DNA of 64,000 nt from Clostridiaceae bacterium (GCA_012518795.1 JAAYRL010000019.1:6719-70718); one strand, 5' to 3'; positions 37,399 to 46,966 are shown, numbered from the stretch's first letter. The notes: a model not told the origin generated them from the sequence alone. Numbers and translations: made by a program.

Positions 37399-38052
37399 AT
37401 GGCATTCTGTAGTAAATGTGGAGTTAATTTTGCCGAAGGCACTACGATTTGTCCCAGTTGTGGAGCATCAGTGGGGGATTCTCTCCAACAACCGCAGGCT
37501 CCCCAACAATCGCAGGCTTACCAAGAACCGCAGGCTCATCAACAACCGCAGACTTATCAAGAACCGCAGGCTTATCAAGAACCGCAGGCTTATCAACAAT
37601 CGCAAGCTTATCAACAACCGCAGGCTCATCAACAATCGGCGAATACGCAGAGTTCCGGTTTCAGTGAAAAGTTTAGTTCGCTTAACGAAACTGCAGATAC
37701 AACAGATCAATTTGATCCGCAAGATATTCAAAATAACAAAGCAATGGCAATTCTTGCTTACATAGGTATCTTGGTGTTAATTCCGCTGTTTGCATCAAAG
37801 GAAAGCAAATTCACTCGTTTCCATGTCAATCAGGGATTGATACTGTTCATCTTGGAAATTGCTTATGGTGTTGTATATGGTATTTTTAGCGCTATCATAT
37901 TCGCAATTTCTTGGCGTTTGCTCTTTCTCTTAAGTATCATTGGATTTTTCGGCATTATTTTTCTTGTTCTTTCGATTATGGGAATTATAAATGCAGCAAA
38001 CGGAAAAGCAAAAGAACTCCCTGTAATCGGGAAGTTTAAAATATTACAATAA
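37399..38052 (+). CDS. Zinc-ribbon / Q-rich repeat / DUF4870-like membrane protein
   Basis: The N-terminus has CSKCG..CPSCG. About eight PQAYQE-type hexapeptide repeats follow. The C-terminus has a membrane domain with two TM helices. Confidence 0.7.
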   Translation: MAFCSKCGVNFAEGTTICPSCGASVGDSLQQPQAPQQSQAYQEPQAHQQPQTYQEPQAYQEPQAYQQSQAYQQPQAHQQSANTQSSGFSEKFSSLNETADTTDQFDPQDIQNNKAMAILAYIGILVLIPLFASKESKFTRFHVNQGLILFILEIAYGVVYGIFSAIIFAISWRLLFLLSIIGFFGIIFLVLSIMGIINAANGKAKELPVIGKFKILQ

Positions 38053-38122
38053 AATATGAATTAGTTACGTTTCTATCGGTTGTACCAAAGCTGAAACCTA
38101 CACCAGCGCTGCCTTGAAATTC

Positions 38123-38872
38123 TCAGATTTGTTTAGCCAAATCTTGAATATCGGATTTCCAAGGTTTACGTTTAGCCAGCCATGGTAACAGTGTTTGCAA
38201 ATCTCGATTAATTACCAATTCTTCAGGAAAATCCAAAGAATTCAAAAAATTAATTGATGGTTGTAATTTACCGACATCTAATGCAAAATGTGCATCCGAG
38301 TTAACAACAACCGGGACTTCGTATGCTTTACATCCTAAAACAATATCTTCACAACGCGGTCTATTACTGTGTTTTTCCAAAGATTTTACATTAACTTCAA
38401 TTGCTACATTATTACGTTTACAAGCAGTCAGAACTTCACTCAATTCAAATTCGAAATCGCCGCGACCCGGATGCCCAATGCAATCAATATAGGGATTATT
38501 AATGGCTCCCAGCCACGCTTCAGTGTGATTTTGTATTGAACCGGAATCCAGAATATTCCCGTGCATACTAGCTATTACAAAATCTAATCTACTAAGCAGA
38601 TTATTTGAAAGATCAACATTACCTTGATAGTCTAAAATATTCAGCTCTACTCCGTAAAACACATAGATTTGATCAATTTGTCGTGGTAAAACTGAATAAT
38701 TATGAAAATAAATTGGATGCGCTGAACCCGGCATGGCAGGTGCATGCTCAGTTATTGCAATTGCTTCTAAGCCGATTTTTTTCGCCACAGCCACATTTTC
38801 TAAAATTGTACTATATGCATGACCGCTGGCCATGGTATGAGTGTGCATATCAGTTTTAATTGATTTAATCAT
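38123..38872 (-). CDS. PHP-domain phosphoesterase (YcdX-like)
   Basis: It has DMHTHT..SGHA, ITEHAP and SDAH metal-ligand motifs. Confidence 0.8.
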   Translation of the reverse strand: MIKSIKTDMHTHTMASGHAYSTILENVAVAKKIGLEAIAITEHAPAMPGSAHPIYFHNYSVLPRQIDQIYVFYGVELNILDYQGNVDLSNNLLSRLDFVIASMHGNILDSGSIQNHTEAWLGAINNPYIDCIGHPGRGDFEFELSEVLTACKRNNVAIEVNVKSLEKHSNRPRCEDIVLGCKAYEVPVVVNSDAHFALDVGKLQPSINFLNSLDFPEELVINRDLQTLLPWLAKRKPWKSDIQDLAKQI

Positions 38873-38963
38873 ATTTCTCCTTAAATAAATTACTTTCGAT
38901 TAATATTCTACACTTATATTTACTTATATTATTCACTTATATTTACTTATATTATTTTAGATT

Positions 38964-40457
38964 TTATTCATCCAACAATGATTTAGCATAAGCGTAACCA
39001 ACAGTCTTGCCATCGGCCAAACGAATAAAAACCCAATTATTGTTCGGTTCAGATAGTTGTGTTACTTTGGCTCCTCTTTGCACAGTAGCAACAAGCGGAG
39101 CATCTGAACGAGGAGCTTGTCTTACTTGTAAGTTGTTGGCTTTAACTGTAATGTCAACCTCCAATAAAGCTGAATCCGGTGGCACAACTTCTTCATTTTG
39201 CCCAATTTTTCGTGTAATGAAAGGTGTTGTCTCCGTTGGTATTTCGCTATCACCGGTTTTGGATTTTGATCCGATTGCACTTCCAATTAAAGTAAATAAT
39301 ACAATTACTACCAAAATAATGGATGTTGCAAGGAATTTTGAGAGAACAGGTTTATTGGGAATCAAAGAGAAAAAGTTTCTGACTGCTGATTTTAAATTGT
39401 TTATGATCGGTTCAAAACTGAATGAACGTACATTGTCCCACATGATATCTCTATGAGATCTTTGATTTTCCAATTTTTCCAAATTTTTTTGCCTAATAAG
39501 TCGATCTTCTTCAACAGCAGATCGACGATTTGATCTGGCAGCTTGATTCAAAGATTGATCATCTTCTAAATTTAAATGATTATGGTGCGTTCGCCTGGTT
39601 CGATTCGAGCGTGAACCTGCTTTATTTGATTTGTCTGAATGACTCTCTGCAGCTTTGGGTGCAGGAATCAGGCGTTGTCCGTCTTTGACTCTTGACACCC
39701 TGGAACTGTTAATCAAACGTGTGAAATCGCGTTTTCTCTGACTAAGCCTACTCTGTCCATCGACATAAGCTAAATCTCCTTCTATGTCTCTGGCAAACAA
39801 ATTCTTCTCTAAGCGCTCTATTTCAAAGCCAATCCAGCTTAAATCTAATTTACGATCATATGTACGTAATAAGTTTAAGATGTTACTCATCGAAGTTGCT
39901 AATTGTACATTCTCTTGAAATATTTTCTCAGCTTTAGTTGCATCTAAACGTTCGAACACTTTCTCAGAGATACTAAACAAAACATCTGAAGTTTTAGGCA
40001 CAAATGAATAGAAATCTGTGTGCATCATCCAATCCGGATCAAAGACATTCGGCGGTAATATTGTCGGTTGTAAACGATATAATCTGCCATTACGAAATAA
40101 ATACAACCCGTTTTTCCGATCTTGCCAACCAATAAATATCTCAGATGAAAACAGGTAGAGATATTCAGAATAAATATGATGATCATCAATAAAATTCGGG
40201 AAAGCTTTTAAGCCCTGAGACTGCATTTCTTTAAATGCTTGATTCCAAAGATAAATACGATCACTGTTAAATCGCGGATCATAATAGGTAGATTGATTGG
40301 AAAATCCGCTGATCATATGAACATCACGACTTGAAGTAAGGACAAAATTCGATTTGTTTTCAGGCGAAAGCGAACCGATTTGTCGATCGTTGATCAAGAG
40401 AGTTAAATCTTTTTTGTCGTATTTACTCAAATGAGCAGTAAAAACTGATTTAATCAT
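38964..40457 (-). CDS. Single-pass membrane protein with an unknown cytoplasmic domain and an extracellular SH3b-like domain
   Basis: 497 aa. It has a basic disordered linker and the TM helix FLATSIILVVIVLFTLIGSAIG. The C-terminus resembles bacterial SH3 (LQVRQAPRSDAPLVATVQRGAKV...WVFIRLADGKTVGYAYAKSL). Confidence 0.55.
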   Translation of the reverse strand: MIKSVFTAHLSKYDKKDLTLLINDRQIGSLSPENKSNFVLTSSRDVHMISGFSNQSTYYDPRFNSDRIYLWNQAFKEMQSQGLKAFPNFIDDHHIYSEYLYLFSSEIFIGWQDRKNGLYLFRNGRLYRLQPTILPPNVFDPDWMMHTDFYSFVPKTSDVLFSISEKVFERLDATKAEKIFQENVQLATSMSNILNLLRTYDRKLDLSWIGFEIERLEKNLFARDIEGDLAYVDGQSRLSQRKRDFTRLINSSRVSRVKDGQRLIPAPKAAESHSDKSNKAGSRSNRTRRTHHNHLNLEDDQSLNQAARSNRRSAVEEDRLIRQKNLEKLENQRSHRDIMWDNVRSFSFEPIINNLKSAVRNFFSLIPNKPVLSKFLATSIILVVIVLFTLIGSAIGSKSKTGDSEIPTETTPFITRKIGQNEEVVPPDSALLEVDITVKANNLQVRQAPRSDAPLVATVQRGAKVTQLSEPNNNWVFIRLADGKTVGYAYAKSLLDE

Positions 40458-40469
40458 TCTCCAATTTCC

Positions 40470-41030
40470 TTAATCACAAACTTCAATATTGTTCATTGTT
40501 AAATACTCAGATTTTAACAAACCCATATAGTTCATATTCAAATACTGATGATCACGTTTAACGTGTTGTCTTAAACTACCTTCATACTTAAAGCCCAATT
40601 TGCTGAAAAGTTGGTATGAGCGAGTATTACCTTCAATATACCGAATATATATCCTATTTAAGTTTACTTTACGGAATAAATATTCTACCATTGCTGCAAC
40701 AATTTCTATTGCATAGCCTTTACCATAAAATTTTTGATCAACAAGTGCAATACCGCATTCTGTGCGACTTTGCTTGAGCGAAAAATCCTCTAAGGAAAAA
40801 ATCGCAACTAACTCTTCATTTAAGAAACAAGAAAATAGAAAACTACTTGCATCATCATCCCAATCTGACAAAAAATCAGCCAGCTCAGTTTTCGTAATCG
40901 TTTCTATTGGATCAGGTAAATAATAATATAATACTTCTTGATTTTGAAACAAATTAAAAACTTGATCTATATCTTTTTTACAAAATCTTTTAATTTTTAA
41001 CCGTTTTGTTGTTAAGTTTAATTCTAACAT
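40470..41030 (-). CDS. GNAT-family N-acetyltransferase (RimJ/RimL-like)
   Basis: It has a typical N-terminus L.T.RL.IKRF and an acetyl-CoA motif region Q.FYGKGYA. The start was moved to the ATG at 41030. The upstream in-frame extension arises from a 17-bp duplicate of the start region at 41083-41098. Confidence 0.75.
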   Translation of the reverse strand: MLELNLTTKRLKIKRFCKKDIDQVFNLFQNQEVLYYYLPDPIETITKTELADFLSDWDDDASSFLFSCFLNEELVAIFSLEDFSLKQSRTECGIALVDQKFYGKGYAIEIVAAMVEYLFRKVNLNRIYIRYIEGNTRSYQLFSKLGFKYEGSLRQHVKRDHQYLNMNYMGLLKSEYLTMNNIEVCD

Positions 41031-41154
41031 ATCTATTGTGACACTCGACATTTTACACTTATAATTGCAGGAATTTATTAAATTAAATTCTAACATATGT
41101 ATAAGAGTAAACTTCATGGTAATAAGAGATTTTATTATTAACGATTTTAAAAGA

Positions 41155-41182
41155 AAAAACCGAGATAATGCTCGGCTTTTTC
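41155..41182 (-). terminator. Rho-independent terminator after pfp
   Basis: The minus strand reads AAAAAGCCGAGCATTATCTCGGTTTTTTCTTTT. Confidence 0.65.
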
Positions 41183-41206
41183 TTTATATTAAATTATTAA
41201 TCATAT

Positions 41207-42451
41207 TTATTCTTTACCGGCTTGAATAAATTTAAGTTTGGCAAATCTCGGTAATGAATCTTCTTTGGTTCTTTGTGGTTCACCTTGAATTAATGGTAAG
41301 CAATAATCAACAAATTCATCATTAACAAAATTGCCGGCTTCATTAATCCATTCACGTGGAACTTTTTGTTCAGTATTAGCAACTTTTTCCAGCGGGAAAT
41401 GAGTTAGTTCTATTTTCAGAGGATCATTCGATACGCGATCAAAACCGATCATAACATCTGTCTCATCATTTAATGCCGCACGAACCGCTTCTCTGCCTGC
41501 TGCAAAAGTTCTTTCAACATCTACTTCCGAAGCCAAGTGAGCTGCACATCTTTGCATTAGCGACAATTCAATTCCGCGAACTTTAGTATCGATGTTGTTT
41601 TCAATATGTTCTTTAAGGACTGCTGCTGCACCGCCCATTTGTTTATGACCAAATGCATCAATTTTTACTTCACCTGCCAATTCGGGAATGTATTTGCCAT
41701 CCTTAGTTTGTACACCTTCAGAAAAACAAACCAATACTTTACCTTTTTCTTCATAAATCTTTTTAACATCAGCAGTAAATTGATCTAAATCAAATTCAAC
41801 TTCCGGCAAATAAATCAAATCAGGACCATAGCCTTTATAAGCAGCAATTGCTGAAGCAGCAGTCAACCAGCCCGCATTACGTCCCATTATTTCAATTAAT
41901 GTAATTTGGCCTGTAGGATAAACTACCGAATCACAATAAACTTCCATTACCGTAGTTGCAATATAGCGTGCTGCTGACGGAAATCCCGGACAGAAATCAG
42001 TACCAAACAGATCATTATCGATGGTTTTCGGTACACCTATTACTCGACATTCATAATCTTTATCTTGTAAAAATTTAGAAATTTTATTACATGTATCCAT
42101 TGAATCATTTCCGCCATTATAAAAGAAAAAGCGTATATTGTATTTTTTAAAAACTTCTAAAATTCTTTGATAATCTGTATCATCAACATCGGGATCGGCT
42201 AATTTATAGCGACATGATCCTAAAACTGAAGCCGGAGTTTGTTTCAACAATAATAATTCTTCTCTATCTTCCTGCCCCATATCAAAAAAATCTTCATGTA
42301 AAACACCCAAAATACCATGATGGGCACCATATACCTTTTCAATACGATCGCCATTCTCCAATGCTTCGATGAAAACACCTGCCGCACTGCAGTTAATAAC
42401 TGAAGTCGGACCACCCGACTGACCAAAGATTAAATTTCCTTTTAGCATCAC
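41207..42451 (-). CDS. pfp: Pyrophosphate-dependent 6-phosphofructokinase (PPi-PFK)
   Basis: 414 aa PFK fold. It has GGNDS instead of GGDGS and PKTIDND instead of PGTIDND. These are the residues that distinguish PPi-dependent from ATP-dependent enzymes. Confidence 0.8.
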   Translation of the reverse strand: MMLKGNLIFGQSGGPTSVINCSAAGVFIEALENGDRIEKVYGAHHGILGVLHEDFFDMGQEDREELLLLKQTPASVLGSCRYKLADPDVDDTDYQRILEVFKKYNIRFFFYNGGNDSMDTCNKISKFLQDKDYECRVIGVPKTIDNDLFGTDFCPGFPSAARYIATTVMEVYCDSVVYPTGQITLIEIMGRNAGWLTAASAIAAYKGYGPDLIYLPEVEFDLDQFTADVKKIYEEKGKVLVCFSEGVQTKDGKYIPELAGEVKIDAFGHKQMGGAAAVLKEHIENNIDTKVRGIELSLMQRCAAHLASEVDVERTFAAGREAVRAALNDETDVMIGFDRVSNDPLKIELTHFPLEKVANTEQKVPREWINEAGNFVNDEFVDYCLPLIQGEPQRTKEDSLPRFAKLKFIQAGKE

Positions 42452-42534
42452 GAAACCTCCACATATTGCATTAATAATAAATTTTAAAAATATATGTTTA
42501 AATTATAGCATATTAAATTATAGCATATTAAATC

Positions 42535-43923
42535 TTAACCTAAAGCTAAAATTATAAAGTTAGCAACAAATAGCAATGCTGAAACAATTAACACCGGATG
42601 CAATTCTTTGAATTTTCTTTGAGTAATTTTTACAAGTATATGTGCTAAGAATCCAAAAGCAATACCATAGGAAATTGAATAGCTGAAACCCATGAAAATA
42701 GCTGTAAAGAATGCAGGAATAGCTTCATTCAGATCTTGCCATTTAATATCGGCAAAACTGGAAAGCATCATAATGCCGACGACAATCAAAGCAGGTGCAG
42801 TTGCTGCCGCGGGTACAATACTTGCCAAAGGTGCAAAAAACGAAGTAATCAAAAACAAAATTGCTACTACAACGGAAGTTAATCCCGTACGTCCGCCTAC
42901 CCCGATACCGGCAGTAGATTCAACATATGTTGTTGTATTTGATGTACCAAGTGCGGCACCGATTGAGGTAGCAATTGAATCAGCAAACAAAGCTTTATCC
43001 AGACGAGTTGAAAAACCTGCCTGTTCATACATGCGTTTTTCTTCTTCTGCAGTGAAAATTCCGGAAGCTCTACCGGTACCGATAAATGTACCGATCGTAT
43101 CAAAAGTATCAGATAAACTGAAAGTGAAAATTGTGATAATTGCCAGAATTGTTTTGTCCGCTCCTTGATTGAACAATGACTGCAAACCTTCCGGACCGAA
43201 TGCCGCCATAAATGTCGTTTTTAATTCACCGACCGCTTCACCGAAAGATATTGAAGTTTGAGTATCTAATGACGTAACACCAAATGGAATACCGATAATT
43301 GTTGTCAGGATTATACTGATTAAAATTGCACCTTTAACTTTTAATACTAAAAGAATAATTGTAATAACCAAACCGATTAATGCAACTAAGACTACATTAT
43401 CTTTAAAATTAGTCAAAGTAGGCAATAATTGAGTTGAACCTTTCTCAGCTGCGGGACTATTATAGATCAAACCTGAATTAATCAAACCTAAATAACCGAT
43501 AAATATACCTATACCACCGCCAATCGCATGTTGTAAACTTTCCGGAATTGCTTTAATAATCATTTTTCGCACATTGGTAATAGTAATTAATATATTGATA
43601 ACTCCGCAAATAAATACCATTGCCAAAGCTTGCTGCCATGTATATCCATAAGCAAATACAACTGTATATGTGAAAAATGCATTCAGACCCATGCCCGGTG
43701 CAACAGCATATGGTACATTGGCAAATAAGCCCATGACTAAAGTGCCAATTGCAGAAGCCAGGATAGTAGCTAAATACACTGCACCTTTCGGCATACCTGT
43801 TTCGCTTAACATACTCGGATTTACAATTAAGATATATGACATTGCAAAGAATGTCGTAAGACCTGCCATCACTTCTGTGGAAACATTAGTTTTGTTTGCC
43901 TTCAGTTTGAAAAAACCTTCCAT
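42535..43923 (-). CDS. NCS2-family purine (adenine/guanine/hypoxanthine) permease, AzgA/PbuG-like
   Basis: 462 aa. The segment T.V.TE..AGLTTFFAMSYI..VNP and its polytopic nature support the call. Confidence 0.85.
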   Translation of the reverse strand: MEGFFKLKANKTNVSTEVMAGLTTFFAMSYILIVNPSMLSETGMPKGAVYLATILASAIGTLVMGLFANVPYAVAPGMGLNAFFTYTVVFAYGYTWQQALAMVFICGVINILITITNVRKMIIKAIPESLQHAIGGGIGIFIGYLGLINSGLIYNSPAAEKGSTQLLPTLTNFKDNVVLVALIGLVITIILLVLKVKGAILISIILTTIIGIPFGVTSLDTQTSISFGEAVGELKTTFMAAFGPEGLQSLFNQGADKTILAIITIFTFSLSDTFDTIGTFIGTGRASGIFTAEEEKRMYEQAGFSTRLDKALFADSIATSIGAALGTSNTTTYVESTAGIGVGGRTGLTSVVVAILFLITSFFAPLASIVPAAATAPALIVVGIMMLSSFADIKWQDLNEAIPAFFTAIFMGFSYSISYGIAFGFLAHILVKITQRKFKELHPVLIVSALLFVANFIILALG

Positions 43924-43987
43924 TACGCCCTCCCAAATCGTATTATTTGTATTAAAACAAATAATTTAATACTCTGCTTACACAAAA

Positions 43988-44030
43988 CAAAATAAAAACG
44001 AGAAATGTTGAATTAAGTTCAATATTTCTC
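43988..44030 (-). terminator. Hairpin plus U-tract in the 5' leader of the purine permease gene
   Basis: The minus strand reads GAGAAATATTGAACTTAATTCAACATTTCTC followed by GTTTTTATTTT. It lies 65-105 nt upstream of the start codon. Confidence 0.5.
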
Positions 44031-44250
44031 AAAGCATGATTATAACTGAATATGATTTTATGAGCAATTATTTTCTAAAATCAGTTAATTTTAAGTTAAT
44101 TTTAGTTAATTGCAACTTGAACTGAAATTGAATTCTGTACAATGTTATTTGTTTTCATCAGGTTGCAGCTTGAATTTAAATAATAATCTGATAATTCTAT
44201 GTTTATCGTACTTATTAATTCATTATTTTTCTATTATTAAATTTTTTTAG

Positions 44251-44279
44251 TTTAATTTTTGTTTTTACTCTGATATAAT
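44251..44279 (+). promoter_or_regulatory. Putative extended -10 promoter for tRNA-Lys
   Basis: TGATATAAT lies at 44271-44279, with a weak -35 TTTAAT 17 nt upstream. It is 15 nt before the tRNA. Confidence 0.4.
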
Positions 44280-44293
44280 TTATAAGCTTCCAT

Positions 44294-44369
44294 GATCCAT
44301 TAGCTCAGCTGGCAGAGCACTTGACTCTTAATCAAGGGGTCCTGGGTTCGATCCCCAGATGGATCACCA
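44294..44369 (+). tRNA. tRNA-Lys (anticodon CTT), CCA encoded
   Basis: The acceptor is GATCCAT/ATGGATC, the anticodon loop is CTCTTAA and the T-arm is CTGGGTTCGATCCCCAG. Confidence 0.9.
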
Positions 44370-44376
44370 AAAATAT

Positions 44377-44412
44377 AAAAAGCCTTGTTCCAATTAGGTT
44401 CAAGGCTTTTTT
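44377..44412. terminator. Bidirectional terminator between tRNA-Lys (+) and nfnB (-)
   Basis: AAAAAGCCTTG-(13 nt)-CAAGGCTTTTTT has T-tracts on both strands. Confidence 0.75.
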
Positions 44413-44436
44413 ATAGGCTTAAATCATATGTATAAA

Positions 44437-45837
44437 CTATGAATTTTTACTTTTGATGTATTCATCAATTGATGCTGCTGCAACTTTACCTGCACCTGCA
44501 GCCGAAATAACGGTAGCTGCACCGGTAACAGCATCACCACCTGCAAAAATTCCTTCACGTGATGTTGCTCCGTTATCATCGACAACAATTCCGCCCCAGA
44601 AGGTTGTCTCTAAACCTTCTGTTGTAGATTTAATTAACGGGTTGGGATTTGTACCGATTGACATAATGACGGTATCAACCTCGATATCATATTCAGAACC
44701 TTCAATCGGAATTGGACGACGTCTGCCGGAATCATCCGGTTCACCCAATTCCATTTGAATACAGGTCATAGCAACAACTTCGCCATTTTCATCAGCTTTA
44801 ATTGCAGTAGGATTATTTAAGTTTTTGAAGATAACACCCTCTTCTTCAGCGTGATGAATTTCTTCTAAACGAGCCGGCATCTCATCAAATGAACGACGAT
44901 AAACGATATAAACTTCATCTGCTCCCAACCGTAATGCTGTACGGGCTGCGTCCATCGCAACATTACCACCGCCGACAACTGCAACTTTCTTGCTTTTTCT
45001 GATCGGGGTATCATAGCAGTCATCAAATGCTTTCATTAAATTAGAACGTGTCAAATACTCATTAGCTGAATAAACACCTACACTGTTTTCTCCCGGTATA
45101 CCCAAGAAAATAGGCAACCCTGCACCGGAAGCGATGAATACAGCTTCAAAGCCATGATCGTCAAACAATTCATCAATCGTAATGGTTCGACCGATAACTA
45201 CATTGACTTCCAATTTGACACCGTCAAGTTGTAATTGTTTGATTTCATTTGTAACAATTTCTTCAGGTAAACGGAATTCAGGAATACCGTAAACTAAAAC
45301 ACCGCCACCGATTGATAATGATTCAAAAATGGTAATGTCATAACCTAATTTAGAGAGGTCACCGGCACAACTTAAACCTGCAGGACCTGCACCGATAATC
45401 GCTACTTTATGACCGTTCTTTTCATAATTGTGCGGTTCAGGTTCAACATTTTCACGATGATAATCAGCAACGAAGCGCTCTAAACGCCCAATTGCAACCG
45501 GCTCATGTTTAATACCGCGTACACACAAAGCTTCACATTGGCTTTCTTGTGGACATACTCTGCCGCAAATGGCAGGTAGAACATTGGTTTCTAATATTTT
45601 TTGATAAGCACCTTCAAAATCACCTTCAGTAATTAAATGGATAAATTCCGGTATCTGAACATTTACCGGACATCCGTTAACGCATGGTTTATGTTTACAC
45701 TGCAAGCAACGTGCAGCCTCTTCTTTAGCCATTTCAGCTGTATACCCGTGTGTAACCTCTTCAAAGTTCTTTGCTCTGACTTTGGGATCTTGAGCTGGCA
45801 TATCTACTTTGACAGGACTCATATTACGTTTTGCCAT
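44437..45837 (-). CDS. nfnB: NADPH-dependent glutamate synthase small-subunit homolog (NfnB / SudA-like)
   Basis: 466 aa. It has N-terminal 2x[4Fe-4S] cysteines (CLQCK..C...CP ; CGRVCP...CE..C) and two Rossmann GxGxxG motifs (IIGAGPAG, VVGGGNVA). Confidence 0.8.
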   Translation of the reverse strand: MAKRNMSPVKVDMPAQDPKVRAKNFEEVTHGYTAEMAKEEAARCLQCKHKPCVNGCPVNVQIPEFIHLITEGDFEGAYQKILETNVLPAICGRVCPQESQCEALCVRGIKHEPVAIGRLERFVADYHRENVEPEPHNYEKNGHKVAIIGAGPAGLSCAGDLSKLGYDITIFESLSIGGGVLVYGIPEFRLPEEIVTNEIKQLQLDGVKLEVNVVIGRTITIDELFDDHGFEAVFIASGAGLPIFLGIPGENSVGVYSANEYLTRSNLMKAFDDCYDTPIRKSKKVAVVGGGNVAMDAARTALRLGADEVYIVYRRSFDEMPARLEEIHHAEEEGVIFKNLNNPTAIKADENGEVVAMTCIQMELGEPDDSGRRRPIPIEGSEYDIEVDTVIMSIGTNPNPLIKSTTEGLETTFWGGIVVDDNGATSREGIFAGGDAVTGAATVISAAGAGKVAAASIDEYIKSKNS

Positions 45838-45914
45838 TATATCTACTCCTTAATCTAAAAATTATCTAATGGTTAATGTTGTATTTTTGTTGTACCAATG
45901 ATAGTAATTATCTT

Positions 45915-46760
45915 TTAATTATCTTTTTTCATTGCCAGTTCAGCACGACACTGATGATCTAATTCTTGTTCCTGCTCGATATATGAGCGATTTCTTCTTG
46001 CCAAATCATCAAAATCAACTTCAAATCCATCAAATTCAGGACCGTCTACACAAGCAAATTTTAATTCTCCATTAATAACAACACGGCAACATCCGCACAT
46101 CCCGGTACCGTCAACCATTATCGGATTAAGTGAAACTAAGGTCTTGATACCTTTGGGTTTGGTTAGATTTACAACAGCTTTCATCATTGGAACCGGTCCA
46201 ATTGCTACAACAAGATCATATTCAACTCCTGCTTCAAGCAATTCTTCAAGTTTTTTCGTAACAAAACCATGTTCGCCATACGAACCGTCATCAGTCATCA
46301 AATAAAGATTATGAGACGCAGCCGCAAAATCATCTTCCAAGATAACAATATCTTTATTTCTGAAACCGACAATTACATCAACCTCTGTTCCGAGATTGTA
46401 AAGTTCAACAGCTGATGGATACGCTATAGCAGTTCCTACACCACCACCGATAACACAAGCTTTCTTGTAACCTTCTAGTGCTGAAGGAATTCCTAGAGGT
46501 CCCACAAAATCCAAGATTGTTTCGCCTTCTTCTTTATTAGCCAATACTCTGGTACCTTTTCCGGCTACCTGAAAAATGATTTCCACTGTTCCGTCATCCT
46601 GATTGGTACCCGCAATGGTTAAAGGAATCCGCTCACCTAATTCATCTACACGAAACATAATGAATTGACCGGCTTTTCCCTTTGCTGCAATCAGAGGGGC
46701 TTCAATTGCCATTCTGAACACATTTTCATTTAATTCTTCTTTTCTTATGATTTTATACAT
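45915..46760 (-). CDS. nfnA: Ferredoxin-NADP reductase-like FAD/NAD-binding subunit with C-terminal 2Fe-2S (NfnA / SudB-like)
   Basis: 281 aa. It has an RPLTIA-like segment (IPLTIAG), GGGVGTA and a C-terminal cluster motif GTGMCGCCRV...C.DG. It lies adjacent to nfnB. Confidence 0.8.
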   Translation of the reverse strand: MYKIIRKEELNENVFRMAIEAPLIAAKGKAGQFIMFRVDELGERIPLTIAGTNQDDGTVEIIFQVAGKGTRVLANKEEGETILDFVGPLGIPSALEGYKKACVIGGGVGTAIAYPSAVELYNLGTEVDVIVGFRNKDIVILEDDFAAASHNLYLMTDDGSYGEHGFVTKKLEELLEAGVEYDLVVAIGPVPMMKAVVNLTKPKGIKTLVSLNPIMVDGTGMCGCCRVVINGELKFACVDGPEFDGFEVDFDDLARRNRSYIEQEQELDHQCRAELAMKKDN

Positions 46761-46845
46761 ACATGCCTCCTAAGATTCTTACACTTTTGGATATACCATA
46801 CAATATTGTACCATAAAACAATCTAAAACCAACATAGTTTTTAAC

Positions 46846-46946
46846 AGTTAATTAATGTTAATTAATGTCTTAATTAATGTCTTAATTAATGTCTTAATTA
46901 ATGTCTTAACTAATGTCTGTTAACTAATGTCTGTTAACTAATGTCG
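46846..46946. repeat. Compound microsatellite-like array (12-bp unit x about 4, then 14-bp unit x about 2.5)
   Basis: (TAATTAATGTCT)n is followed by (TAACTAATGTCTGT)n, between the SDR stop and the nfnA start. Confidence 0.85.
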
Positions 46947-46966
46947 AATATTGAAAAAACAAAAAA

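Noticed and set aside
37418-37765. Three alternative-frame or antisense ORFs (115, 72 and 87 aa) overlap the zinc-ribbon/DUF4870 gene.
   Set aside because: All are generated by the 18-bp tandem repeat, which is open in several frames. The annotated frame has the zinc ribbon, an RBS and the membrane domain.
41016-41117. An N-terminal 29-aa extension of the GNAT acetyltransferase (MKFTLIHMLEFNLINS...).
   Set aside because: The extension exists only because a 17-bp copy of the true start region (TTAAATTCTAACATAT) lies 66 bp upstream and is in frame. GNAT homologs begin at the equivalent of the downstream Met (MLELNLTTKRL).
43924-44293. A purine (guanine/adenine) riboswitch was expected upstream of the NCS2 purine permease.
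   Set aside because: The minus-strand leader was read and no conserved purine-aptamer loops or junction were found. Only a terminator-like hairpin is present. The absence should still be confirmed with a covariance model.
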